Assembly: GCA_964389475.1 (NCBI GenBank)
Contig: CAYMFD010000001.1
Span: 52,942 to 116,941, forward strand
Source of the DNA: an uncultured Saprospiraceae bacterium
GTDB taxonomy: Bacteria; Bacteroidota; Bacteroidia; Chitinophagales; Saprospiraceae
Direction of reading: 5' to 3'
Length of the DNA: 64,000 nt
The position numbers and the translations under genes were made by a program. The notes under the pieces are model-generated. The model saw only the letters and a program-made list of their open reading frames with translations, was not told the origin of the DNA and ran no database searches. Below, in pieces: positions 38,751 through 48,895 of the stretch. Position 1 is the stretch's first letter. Every line of letters begins with the position of its first letter.

Positions 38751-38903
38751 GAATTGTGCCGAGGCGGATAGAGTCAGTAGTAGGCAGAGGAGGGTGGTTG
38801 TTACTTGCTCATAGTAGGTCAGTTTTTACAATGATCAAGGTAGTTGACATCTATTACAGACTTGTCATCCTAAAAGGTGATTTGAATCCTCATGTGTTAA
38901 AGA

Positions 38904-39668
38904 CTACTTATTCATCCACTCCTTAAAGCTATTGGCTTTAGCTCGGCTGACCACAAACTCCATATCTCTACTATGCTCGACAGTTAGTTTGAGGCGGTGG
39001 TTGAGGTAGTGCTCGATGCGTTGTACAGCTGATTTGGCTACAACCTGACCACGGTTGATTCGAAAAAACAGGTCGGGGTCTACTGTAGAGAGAAACTGGT
39101 CAATCGTCTCGTCGATAATATACCGTTTGCCGGATGCTATGGCGAAGGTGATGCTGTCGCTAGAGTATAGGTAGGCGATATCACTCATTACAATCTGGAC
39201 GAAACCTGTCCCATCTCTGACGAGCACACCATTACGTGTCGTAGTTGCGGTCTGCGATTGTAGCAGTTGCATGAGTGAGTCTACAGCCATAGCGCTAGGC
39301 GGCATAGGGGCAGTAAGGCGGTCGTATTTTGCGATCGCAAGATCTAGGTCGTCCTGCTTTATGGGCTTGAGGAGGTAGTCGATACTATTGACCTTAAAGG
39401 CCTTGATCGCATACTGATCAAAAGCTGTTGTAAATATGATCGGGCATGTAATCTCGATCTGTTGGAATATCTCAAAGCTAAGGCCATCAGCAAGCTGTAT
39501 ATCCATAAAGATAAGGTCTGGTGCAGCATTACTCTTAATCCAGGCTACGCTATCCTCGATGGAGTCTATGATCTCCATGATTTGATGGTCCTTGATGCCC
39601 TGAGCTAGCATCTTGGTTAGTTGTCTTGCTGCTCTTTCCTCGTCTTCTATGATTAGTGTTTTGATCAC
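38904..39668 (-). CDS. LytTR-family response regulator
   Basis: It has a receiver domain (LIIEDEERAARQL...DLIFMDIQL) and a C-terminal LytTR DNA-binding domain. Confidence 0.85.
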   Translation of the reverse strand: MIKTLIIEDEERAARQLTKMLAQGIKDHQIMEIIDSIEDSVAWIKSNAAPDLIFMDIQLADGLSFEIFQQIEITCPIIFTTAFDQYAIKAFKVNSIDYLLKPIKQDDLDLAIAKYDRLTAPMPPSAMAVDSLMQLLQSQTATTTRNGVLVRDGTGFVQIVMSDIAYLYSSDSITFAIASGKRYIIDETIDQFLSTVDPDLFFRINRGQVVAKSAVQRIEHYLNHRLKLTVEHSRDMEFVVSRAKANSFKEWMNK

Positions 39669-39672
39669 AGCA

Positions 39673-40707
39673 TTAAGTATTGATCAAGGGTATAGTTACC
39701 GTGAAATGGTCCTCCGCCTGCTTAACCATGGGTGGAGTTGTACCGACGAGGGCATAGCGTTTTTTGATGTTTTCTAGGCCAAGTTTAGTGGAGGGCAGTT
39801 GGCTTTGCTTGGGCTGTAGATTATTACTTACTGTGATGGTATCGTCGTGGCTTGAGATCATTATGTGCAGTGGTTTACGCTTTGATATGATGTTGTGTTT
39901 GATCGCATTCTCGAGCAGGAGTTGGATGCTCATAGGTATTACGCGAGCCGATCGATGGCTATCGCCAATATCCCAATTGACGCGTAGGTTACTGCCAAAT
40001 CGCTCGGATTGTATATGTAGGTAAGACTTGGCAAAAGCGATCTCATCGTCTAGGCTTACGACATTGTCTTGTCCGCTGTCCAGGATAAATCGATAGACGT
40101 CTGCTATGTGGTCTACGAAATCCTTCGCGTCGCTTTTGGCATCTGTATCGATGATGTCACGCAGCGTATTAAGGCTATTAAATAAGAAATGGGGTCGGGC
40201 TTGATTGCGCAGGGCATCGAGCTGAGACTGAGTTATTGCCTGTCGCGTCTGTTCCTCCTTTACGATCGATGCTTTCAGTTTTTGAAAGAAGTAGATAGCC
40301 TCGTAGGCCGCCATCGTCATGATACTGATCAGCACGATAATAATCTTGAGCTCCACGCCACCACCATTGAAGTTAGGCCCAAAAGCTAGTCCAAGAAGGA
40401 AGTTACCCAACGCATTGATGCCTACTACTATAGCTATGATGAGGAGTAGGAAAATCAAGTTGCGCTTTACCGAATCGCTGATGGATGGATACTTTCGTCT
40501 TAGCCTGATCATTACCCATCGCATCAGTAGCCAATTGCTAGCCGCAAAGACCAGCGAGATAGCGTAACTAATAACGAAGTCTTGTATGGAGTAGAACTCA
40601 GAATTGAATAGATAGGTCGTAATCGACGCTAGCAAAACGACACCGACAAGTATAAACTTGCGGTCATCAAACCCAACGTGCTGCCAGCGTTGATCTTGCT
40701 TCATCAT
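39673..40707 (-). CDS. LytS-like sensor histidine kinase (His_kinase/HATPase)
   Basis: The PHFLFNSLNTLRDII phosphoacceptor box is typical of LytS/YehU kinases. It has an N-terminal membrane domain. The start was trimmed to ATG 40707 (MMKQDQRW), because the track's longer N-terminus overlaps the upstream gene. Confidence 0.75.
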   Translation of the reverse strand: MMKQDQRWQHVGFDDRKFILVGVVLLASITTYLFNSEFYSIQDFVISYAISLVFAASNWLLMRWVMIRLRRKYPSISDSVKRNLIFLLLIIAIVVGINALGNFLLGLAFGPNFNGGGVELKIIIVLISIMTMAAYEAIYFFQKLKASIVKEEQTRQAITQSQLDALRNQARPHFLFNSLNTLRDIIDTDAKSDAKDFVDHIADVYRFILDSGQDNVVSLDDEIAFAKSYLHIQSERFGSNLRVNWDIGDSHRSARVIPMSIQLLLENAIKHNIISKRKPLHIMISSHDDTITVSNNLQPKQSQLPSTKLGLENIKKRYALVGTTPPMVKQAEDHFTVTIPLINT

Positions 40708-40709
40708 GT

Positions 40710-41513
40710 TCACAAACTTAATGCTAATAGCGCTATACCTTGCTTGGCTTGGTAGAATGTGCCAGCAATCAGCCCTAGATATGTCAGTGAGACGAGACCT
40801 GTAACGGTTGCTGCTTGGATGGACTCTCCCCATTTCTGTACAGCTAGATAGGCGACTATAGGCAAGACCTGTAGGCCATGGATGCCAAAGAAGTGTGCTA
40901 CCCTGAGGTCTCCGGCTAGACTGCTCCAGTTGACCATTGGTATTCCGCTCCCGCCATCTGCCAGACCAACGGTATGTGACATCTGAGCGATCATCTGACC
41001 GCCGACATAGCTGCCAACTAGTATGCTCGTCCACCCCAGGATTAGAGCTATGTGCATGATTCGATTGGCATTGGCAGTATTGCGAAGGCTATCGATAAAG
41101 AAGAGCACCATGGTTAGTACATTGATACCGACTAGTATGCCCATAGCTCCGAATAGGACGCCATCGAGCGGCGTCGACATATTATAGTGTGACTTAACGC
41201 CTCTAGCCCCTTGCGCTACTATGATTAGTAGCTCTATGGATAGCGTCCATGCCGTGATGTGATTGATGATTGATTTCTTGCGCTGACTATACTTGTAGTA
41301 ATGTGTAAAGTAGCCCACTGACGCTACGAATATGGCAGTTGATACACAGAACTTCCATGGCTTGAGCCACACATTAACTCCCATAAGGGTCCTGTCATCT
41401 AAGATCAGCCCACCAGTTGCGATTAGACCCAATCCGAGTGCAAATAGCGTGTGATAGTAAGTGACAGCACTTTGGCTTTTGATCGTCTGCACTATGTTTT
41501 TCAGTTGATTCAT
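40710..41513 (-). CDS. Hypothetical polytopic membrane protein
   Basis: About 268 aa from MNQLKNIVQ, with 6 to 7 TM helices. Its stop lies 3 bp from the kinase start, and its start overlaps the upstream gene's stop (ATGA). Confidence 0.45.
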   Translation of the reverse strand: MNQLKNIVQTIKSQSAVTYYHTLFALGLGLIATGGLILDDRTLMGVNVWLKPWKFCVSTAIFVASVGYFTHYYKYSQRKKSIINHITAWTLSIELLIIVAQGARGVKSHYNMSTPLDGVLFGAMGILVGINVLTMVLFFIDSLRNTANANRIMHIALILGWTSILVGSYVGGQMIAQMSHTVGLADGGSGIPMVNWSSLAGDLRVAHFFGIHGLQVLPIVAYLAVQKWGESIQAATVTGLVSLTYLGLIAGTFYQAKQGIALLALSL

Positions 41514-41932
41514 GATCTGGATGTTTTGGTGGTTTTGACGATTGTAAATAGTAGAAAGCCGACTGGGCCAAAGATGAAGGTTAGTATTAGGCAAGGCACC
41601 ATGACAAGGTGTGGGAACTGCAGCGTGCGGTTTTGCTCGATCATCCACATTCCGATGAGTAAGTCAAAAGCCAAGTAGTGTATCCAGCCTGCGATAGCCG
41701 CATTGGGCAGTGTGAAAAGCTGCATGACGGATTTGAGGCTGGAGAAATCCATCATCCCGTTATTGATTAGCGCTTGACCGATAAATAGCGCATAAAGTGT
41801 CGCCAAGAACAATGGTGCGACCCGGTAATTTATGAGCCATTCTGTGGCTCTCCAGCGTGGTGCAATGATCATCAGCAGCCACATTGGCATTGTGATGATA
41901 CCTGCTATTTCGAATGCTTGATGTGGGTCCAT
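41510..41932 (-). CDS. Small membrane protein, DUF4281 (ABA4-like) family, tentative
   Basis: 140 aa with 4 TM helices. Its size and hydrophobic pattern are compatible with ABA4-like proteins. It is translationally coupled to the downstream gene. Confidence 0.4.
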   Translation of the reverse strand: MDPHQAFEIAGIITMPMWLLMIIAPRWRATEWLINYRVAPLFLATLYALFIGQALINNGMMDFSSLKSVMQLFTLPNAAIAGWIHYLAFDLLIGMWMIEQNRTLQFPHLVMVPCLILTFIFGPVGFLLFTIVKTTKTSRS

Positions 41933-42234
41933 AAGTGATTTATTGTTCGTTGATGATGTAAATATGGAGTAGGTTAGCCCTAGTTACAATGGCTTTCGGC
42001 TGAACCATCGTATCAGATAGTTGAATGGTAAGGGTTAGTGTGGAGGGCTGGCCCTAACGTCCTCTGCATTACATACAATATGTTTTATAGCTAGAAAAGA
42101 GACTACCAAGGCCGCTTGCACAGTGTTCTTCCTAGATATCGGTTTGGAGGCAGCTGCTTGGACTCAGGCCACGCTGAAGGAGGTTTATCCATGAGCCTCC
42201 ACAACATTAACCCACCTCCACAGTTACCTTCCCT

Positions 42235-43650
42235 GTGAAGGTATTACTGACAGGCGCTAATGGCTATATCGGCCAACGATTACTTCCCTTGCTCGTGGAG
42301 GCAGGGCATCACGTGGTGTGTAGCGTACGGGATCGTAATCGATTTGCAGTTCCTAAGTCTCTCCAGTCGTCTACGACCGTGATCGAGGTCGACTACCTTA
42401 AGCCGGAGACTTTGTCGTCGATACCGATAGACATAGATGGGGCCTACTACCTCATCCATTCTCTATCCGCCTCTCTGGACTTTACGGAGATGGAGGCCGC
42501 GTCGGCTAGGCAATTTAGGGATTATATGAGTCGAGTAGGCGTGCGGCACGTTGTATACCTTACGGGTATTGTCAATCAAGACACCCTGAGCGATCACCTA
42601 GCGTCTCGCAAAGCCGTAGAGGTAATACTCTCAGAGGGAGACTATGCATTTACGGCATTGAGAGCGGGTATTATCATCGGGTCGGGGTCGGCCTCTTTTG
42701 AGATTATCCGAGACCTCGTGGAGAAGCTGCCGGTCTTGATTACCCCCAAGTGGGTCACCACCCTGTGCCAGCCGATCGGTATACGTGATGTACTGGCCTA
42801 CCTGCAGCGCAGCTTATTTGACGAGCGGGTATATAACGAGGCATTTGATATCTATGGGCCTGATGTCATGACATATCGTGATGTCTTAATGGGTTATGCT
42901 AAGGCACGCGGCCTCCGCCGGTGGTGCATCTCCGTACCAGTTATGACGCCACGACTCAGTAGCTACTGGCTATTCTTCGTAACCTCGACGACCTACAACC
43001 TGGCGGTCAATCTCGTCAATAGCATGCACGTCAAGGTTGTCGCTAAACCCAACAACCTGGGCGAGTTACTTGGCGTACAGCCTATGGACTATCCTACGAT
43101 GCTGGCCAAGACCTTCGTCAAGATCAAGCAAAATGCAGTAGTTAGTAGCTGGAAAGACTCCATGGTTAGCGGGCGGTATGACTTCGACATAGAAGACTTC
43201 CTCCATGTGCCGTCTTACGGATGCTTTACCGATCATCGTCATCGACCATTTGCGGATCGAGCGACGACGATACGGCGGGTATGGTCCATCGGTGGTGCTA
43301 CGGGCTGGTACTATGCTACGTGGCTGTGGAAGATCCGTGGCTACCTAGACAAGCTCGTAGGTGGGGTAGGCCTGCGCCGTGGTCGTACCCACCTAGACCA
43401 CATCGACGTGGGTGATGCGGTTGACTTCTGGCGGGTGATCCACGCAGATAGAGAGGAGGGTAGGCTGCTCCTACTCGCTGAGATGCGTCTGCCTGGTGAT
43501 GCATGGCTGGAGTTTACGGTGGTCGATGACGAACTACACCAGACCGCTACTTTTAGACCGAGGGGTGTCTGGGGCAGGCTATACTGGTACGCCGTATTGC
43601 CTTTCCATGGGCTGATCTTTAGCGGGATGTTGCGCGAGTTGGCGAGATAA
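42235..43650 (+). CDS. NAD(P)-binding NmrA/SDR-like oxidoreductase fused to a C-terminal DUF2867-like domain
   Basis: N-terminal Rossmann motif LLTGANGYIGQRLL. The 471-aa length gives a ~200-aa C-terminal extension. It has a GTG start. Confidence 0.65.
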   Translation: MKVLLTGANGYIGQRLLPLLVEAGHHVVCSVRDRNRFAVPKSLQSSTTVIEVDYLKPETLSSIPIDIDGAYYLIHSLSASLDFTEMEAASARQFRDYMSRVGVRHVVYLTGIVNQDTLSDHLASRKAVEVILSEGDYAFTALRAGIIIGSGSASFEIIRDLVEKLPVLITPKWVTTLCQPIGIRDVLAYLQRSLFDERVYNEAFDIYGPDVMTYRDVLMGYAKARGLRRWCISVPVMTPRLSSYWLFFVTSTTYNLAVNLVNSMHVKVVAKPNNLGELLGVQPMDYPTMLAKTFVKIKQNAVVSSWKDSMVSGRYDFDIEDFLHVPSYGCFTDHRHRPFADRATTIRRVWSIGGATGWYYATWLWKIRGYLDKLVGGVGLRRGRTHLDHIDVGDAVDFWRVIHADREEGRLLLLAEMRLPGDAWLEFTVVDDELHQTATFRPRGVWGRLYWYAVLPFHGLIFSGMLRELAR

Positions 43651-43682
43651 AGGGGTGGTTTTGGATTGGATTATGTCTTACG

Positions 43683-43791
43683 GAATGTCCATGCTTTAGA
43701 CCTTGTCGACCAAGAGGTGACCTTGGCGGATTTCTTTGATAATCCAGTAGTACCGTAGCCGCATCACGACGCTATAACCAGCGAAATCTAG
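43683..43791 (+). repeat. 108-bp direct repeat (upstream copy), a relic 3' end of a paralogous ATPase gene
   Basis: It is ~88% identical to 45265..45372 (the 3' end of the ATPase CDS). It translates in frame to ...DLVDQEVTLADFFDNPVVP-stop and is followed by two hairpins built on an AGCGAAAT core. Confidence 0.7.
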
Positions 43792-43905
43792 TCTAAAAAT
43801 AAGGTATTTCGCTGTTTATAGATGTTATAAGTAGCGAAATATTGCTCAGATAATAGAGATTTCGCTACTTATAAGTACTTTTGAGCATGGCTAAGATCAT
43901 GTATT

Positions 43906-45339
43906 ATGGTAGGTAGACAAGCGCAGCGTAGGCTGCTAGACGAGGCACATGCTAGTCCAGACCCCGAGCTCGTAGTGGTGAGTGGCCGTCGCAGAGTGGG
44001 CAAGACCTACCTCGTTCGTCAACATCTCGCCGACAAGGTAGACCTAGAGGTAGTCGGTATACGGGCAGGTGACCGCCAGACACAGATACAGAACTTTGCA
44101 TTTGCCATACAGCAAGCATTTGACCTAGACCAGCCGCCCAGCGCCAGGGGATGGCTCGAGCTTTTCCAGCACTTGGTAGTTCTGACCACTGACCGATATC
44201 CAGATGGTCGATTTTGCTTCTTTTTGGACGAGTTCCCTTGGATGGATAGCCCTAGGTCTGGCTTTCTGCAGGCCTTTGAGTTTTTCTGGAACAGCTATGC
44301 CTCACGGCATGACTGCCTAGTTATCATATGCGGATCGGCTACCTCATGGATCTACCGTAAGATACTGACCAATACCGGTGGACTGCACAATCGTGTGTCC
44401 AGACACATCCACCTCAGTCCATTTACCTTATCAGAAACCAAGCTCTACCTCACCTCACTCGATATACGATTGACGGACCAGCAAGTGGCGCTGTTATACA
44501 TGAGTATCGGCGGCATACCATACTACCTCAAGGGAGTTCGCCGTGGGGAGAGTGCGATACAGGCCATTGATCGACTTTGTTTTGCAGATAGGGCACCCTT
44601 GCGATATGAGTTTGACCAGTTGTATGCTGCTCTCTTTACACGACCAGATAGGTATATCGAGATAGTCAGAAAGCTCAACGAACGACGATCCGGCTACACC
44701 CACCAGCAACTTGCCCAAGCTACAAGCCTCTCCAGCGGTGGTACGCTACGCAAGACGCTAATCGACTTAGAGCAGTCGGGTTTTATACAGTCTACCGCTC
44801 CATGGGGTAATAAGAAGAAGGAAACGCGGTACCGTTTGATAGACGAGTTCTCGCTCTTTTACCTCCGTTTTATGGAAGACATGACCATGGCCACACAGCG
44901 ATCTTGGCGACAGATCGCAGCCACGCCAGCCTTTCATAGTTGGACAGGCTATGCATGGGAGAATATCAGTTTTAGGCATATCGACATGGTGCAGCGAGCC
45001 CTAGGTATCAGCGGTATAATATCTACCCACAGTAGCTATTATCAGCGATTAGACGGCGACGATCGAGGATGCCAGATAGATATGCTCATCGACCGAGCCG
45101 ATGACGTAGTCAGTCTGTGCGAGATGAAGTATAGCAGGGATACCTATACGCTGACTGCCAAAGAAGCGGCTGCCATCGATCATCGTCGAGCAGTCATCGA
45201 TAGCGCTACTAGCCGCCGCAAGCAAGTCTTTGTCGTAATGATCACACCCTTGGGGATTAAGCCGAATGTCCATACACTAGGCCTCGTCGATCAAGAGGTG
45301 ACCTTGGCGGATTTTTTTGATAATCCAGAAGCATCATAG
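43906..45339 (+). CDS. AAA+ ATPase of the Arch_ATPase (PF01637-like) plus DUF234-like family
   Basis: Walker A VVVSGRRRVGKTYL and Walker B CFFLDEFPWMD. The 477-aa length and the C-terminal DUF234-like region fit the family. Confidence 0.7.
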   Translation: MVGRQAQRRLLDEAHASPDPELVVVSGRRRVGKTYLVRQHLADKVDLEVVGIRAGDRQTQIQNFAFAIQQAFDLDQPPSARGWLELFQHLVVLTTDRYPDGRFCFFLDEFPWMDSPRSGFLQAFEFFWNSYASRHDCLVIICGSATSWIYRKILTNTGGLHNRVSRHIHLSPFTLSETKLYLTSLDIRLTDQQVALLYMSIGGIPYYLKGVRRGESAIQAIDRLCFADRAPLRYEFDQLYAALFTRPDRYIEIVRKLNERRSGYTHQQLAQATSLSSGGTLRKTLIDLEQSGFIQSTAPWGNKKKETRYRLIDEFSLFYLRFMEDMTMATQRSWRQIAATPAFHSWTGYAWENISFRHIDMVQRALGISGIISTHSSYYQRLDGDDRGCQIDMLIDRADDVVSLCEMKYSRDTYTLTAKEAAAIDHRRAVIDSATSRRKQVFVVMITPLGIKPNVHTLGLVDQEVTLADFFDNPEAS

Positions 45340-45692
45340 CCGCATCACCACGCTATAATCAGCGAAATCTACCTCAAAAAGCATAGATTTCGCTAGTTAT
45401 AAGGCTTTTGCCTAGGTGTGGACTTTTCTATGTTGTGTCTTGAGTCGCTCTGAGTGATTCGATTACTGATGGTAGCTCGATTAAAGTACTGTATGTAGCA
45501 GTCGTCTTTAATCTTGCATTTTCAATTATCCTGCTTGAAGTACTAGCGATTACTTGTTACCGTATGTTGAATATGACATATGCTGCTTTTAATGTGGCGT
45601 CTTGCAAAAGAATTTGGACTTCTACGTAATAGAAGGTCTTTATCAAGGTTATATTAGGGCTTAATACTGCGTGTTATATTAAATTCCTCGTT

Positions 45693-48455
45693 ATGCTTCG
45701 CCTCATTTGTTTTGTCGTCTTGTTGTTTCAGACGTCTCATATTCTAGCTCAAGAAGTTCTGACGGACTTTATGCGAGGGGGTAATCTCAGCCATGTGTTT
45801 TTGCATGAGTATGATGAGGATAAGGTCGTGCTTGAGGTAAGTCCGTTTGACGAAGTACTCCTTTATCACGTGAATGATGGTGCCTTGAGCCTCACTTGGT
45901 CGGCCTCTGTGCCAGGCGTTTTTGACATCAATGGTCTATACATCGATCTGCGCTTTGTCGATAGCTACCTAGTGCTAGATATCGAAACGGCTGTCCTCGC
46001 ATATGACCTCACGACCGGTATAAGTGTCAGCTACGATAACCCATACGAGCCGCGTAGCATCAGTATTCGTCATCAGTATGATGATATCATTGATGTCGAG
46101 TACGTGACACCGACTTTTAGTGATCGTACCCGTGTCAGGATTGACTTAGGTGGGCAGTCAGTAGATACATTGACTGCGAGAGCACTTTACTTATCGCCCA
46201 ATATCGAGATCACTGAGCATCGACCTGATTCACTTGATTATGCAGTATGGCAAGTCCATGATTTGCGTAACGGGACTAGTTGGGATATAATTCATCATGC
46301 AGATCTTTACACTACTAACTTCCCTAATGATGACCTTTTTATATACCATGTAGGCGATAGCATCTTTTACGTGGACATCAGCGACCGATCGTCTACCTTA
46401 CTTCACGCTGAGACAGACGAATTTTTAGACGGTGTATCGACCTATGATTTAGATAGTTTATATGCCATAGTGCAGCGTCCTAGTACTACGGAGTATGAAA
46501 CCCACCTTATCATATTTGACAAACGAAACAGGGATACGACGGTGTATAGGTCGCAGCATGATTTTTTCTTGAACCGACATATGATTAAGGTCGATGATTA
46601 TCTGGTAGTAGATGATGGCGAAGTTTTGGATCTAGATACAGATAACCTACTAACGTATACTTCTTTTCTTGGTAGGATTAAGCCTTTGGTCCTAGGGGAC
46701 TCTCTGCTGCTGGTGGCACGTACCGTTCCCTTCGTTCAGGTTCTCGGTGAGCCAGATTTGGGTTTCCCTGCGGGATGGCCAGACTGGCGAGCTGGTCAGC
46801 GTAATCCTCAGGTGATGGATATAGGAGATGATTGGCTAGTTTGTTTTCCCTCGGCTACCGATGGAGGAGCTAAACTATGGACCTTACCTAAGAATACCTC
46901 TATGGCAAGGGCCTTGGTAGAGAGTGACATCTTGCCCAGTGGTCAGACTGGCCTACGCGAGGAAGCTAGACTTGTGAAAGCTGGTCAGAGTCTCGCCTTA
47001 CTAGAGGACGATTTGTACAGTGTGATCGACGACAAAGTTACCCAGATCAATACCGCAGAACCTCAGGCTGCCGCCATCGGTAACTCGCAACTATGTATTA
47101 GTCAGGATACGATCTTCTGGGCAGAGGGCTTTATCAATGGATCTCGTATATACTGGTATGCGCATAATCAGTCAGGCTTGTATGCTGAGCTTGATTTTGG
47201 TACTTATCTGCAGACACTCATACAGTTTGCTGTTGCAGATGGTCTAGTTTTCTTTCAAGCGTCATCTCAAAGGGATTCCATAGCGATATATGATACTGGA
47301 GCGGAGAGGCAGGAGGTGTTACCTACTACCGGTAGGCGTGCTGGCAGAGACCTACTAGCAGTAAACGGTATAGTATACACCATAAGTGATGACTCTCTGT
47401 GTTACGTCGATCAGTCCGGTATACACCCCGTACTAGAGGTCTCCATTCGTGGACAGTCGCTATCATCTAGGTTAAATACGGTGTTGACACTCCGGGGTCG
47501 ACAGTACTTTGGCTCGCAGGACAAGATATACGACATTACGGATCCTAGTGACCCTCAACTGGTGGTAGAGACAGTTGGCTTTGATCATTTTGGTCAAATT
47601 TCAGAGAACTTCGCAACCGTATTGGCGAGGAATTCGGATGAAGTTTTTCTATTTGATGGCACCACGTTAAGTCGGGCACAGATTGATATCGCTGGTGAGA
47701 GGTCGCAATTTCGTCAGCACTTATTGGGTGATCTTATTGTCATGACATCATGGGCCGATGACCAAGTGCAGAGTAGCATCTTCGACTTTGCATCAGATGA
47801 TCTAATAGAGTTACCTGCCCTGCTGTCATCGCAGACTTTGGTAGAGGCTGTCATTCATAACCAAGATACCTTACTCATTACTACTGTGCCTGACGGTATT
47901 GCTAGCGATGTCATCGTCTATCGTATGACAGACCGCTGGCAAGAGGCCGAAGAGATTGATGCATTTCGTTATGGTGGAGGTATACCGTTTTTTGACTACA
48001 AGTCGTTTGGGGACGATGGACTGATGTACGTAGGAGAGTCGGTATACTTGATAGACGAGGAGCTATATTTTGAAGAGTTAGGAGGTATTTTCGCTGATAT
48101 TTTATCTCGTACGATTCACGCTGTTGGCGACCACTTCTATTGTATAGCCATCGAACCTCAGAATGGTCGCCAACTGTTTAGAATATTGACGCCATCCGGC
48201 CGCCAGACATCATCTATCGTTGATGATACCGACGACGATTTGCTCCTTGCGCCTAATCCTACTGGTGGAGAGATTTTCCTTGATGTGCCAGCAGGCGAGC
48301 CGCTCAAATATAGAGTATTGAGCACCGATGGCCGTCTTGTGGATCAAGGTTATACAGATGGCGTTATCAATATCTCATCACAGGAGTCTGGTACTTATCT
48401 GATACAAGTATTTGAAGAACGACGTACGTCATCGGTCATGATTGTGAAAATATAG
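45693..48455 (+). CDS. Large secreted protein of unknown function with a C-terminal T9SS sorting domain
   Basis: It has a signal peptide. The C-terminal ~75 aa (LLLAPNPTGGEIFLDV...GTYLIQVFEE...MIVKI) matches the T9SS CTD. No catalytic motif was recognised. Confidence 0.55.
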   Translation: MLRLICFVVLLFQTSHILAQEVLTDFMRGGNLSHVFLHEYDEDKVVLEVSPFDEVLLYHVNDGALSLTWSASVPGVFDINGLYIDLRFVDSYLVLDIETAVLAYDLTTGISVSYDNPYEPRSISIRHQYDDIIDVEYVTPTFSDRTRVRIDLGGQSVDTLTARALYLSPNIEITEHRPDSLDYAVWQVHDLRNGTSWDIIHHADLYTTNFPNDDLFIYHVGDSIFYVDISDRSSTLLHAETDEFLDGVSTYDLDSLYAIVQRPSTTEYETHLIIFDKRNRDTTVYRSQHDFFLNRHMIKVDDYLVVDDGEVLDLDTDNLLTYTSFLGRIKPLVLGDSLLLVARTVPFVQVLGEPDLGFPAGWPDWRAGQRNPQVMDIGDDWLVCFPSATDGGAKLWTLPKNTSMARALVESDILPSGQTGLREEARLVKAGQSLALLEDDLYSVIDDKVTQINTAEPQAAAIGNSQLCISQDTIFWAEGFINGSRIYWYAHNQSGLYAELDFGTYLQTLIQFAVADGLVFFQASSQRDSIAIYDTGAERQEVLPTTGRRAGRDLLAVNGIVYTISDDSLCYVDQSGIHPVLEVSIRGQSLSSRLNTVLTLRGRQYFGSQDKIYDITDPSDPQLVVETVGFDHFGQISENFATVLARNSDEVFLFDGTTLSRAQIDIAGERSQFRQHLLGDLIVMTSWADDQVQSSIFDFASDDLIELPALLSSQTLVEAVIHNQDTLLITTVPDGIASDVIVYRMTDRWQEAEEIDAFRYGGGIPFFDYKSFGDDGLMYVGESVYLIDEELYFEELGGIFADILSRTIHAVGDHFYCIAIEPQNGRQLFRILTPSGRQTSSIVDDTDDDLLLAPNPTGGEIFLDVPAGEPLKYRVLSTDGRLVDQGYTDGVINISSQESGTYLIQVFEERRTSSVMIVKI

Positions 48456-48895
48456 AGACGTCGCATCGCTTAGAGTTATCCGATTACTAGATCTTAGATT
48501 AATATTTCCACAGATGAAGTATTTAGCCTAGATAATTCTGTGAATGTAGTTCTAGTTTTACTCAAGATAGTATGACTTTACATCATATTTAATTATCTGA
48601 ACCACATGTTGATGGCATCGTTGACCTACTCCATTCTACCTCCAAACTAGCCGATGATTCTGACTATCACACTACGCCATCGGCCTCAGATCTAGTACCA
48701 TACCTTCAAGCTAATACGACGTATATTTGACGTGTTGACGTATAGTTGGCGAAGTGTTTTTGTCGGATATTTACATCAATACACTTCTCAGTGTATGAAG
48801 TGTTAACCAGTACATTTGTCGTATGGTGGTGTGGTCTACAGAATTAAATTTCAATCCATGCATCTGTTTTTAGCTTTTATTTCTTCTTAAGGATA

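Noticed and set aside
40708-41034. N-terminal 109 residues of the 453-aa ORF-track version of the LytS-like kinase
   Set aside because: The extension overlaps the upstream co-directional membrane-protein gene in another frame. It is Arg/Ser-rich with no helices. An ATG at 40707 gives a clean junction 3 bp after the upstream stop.
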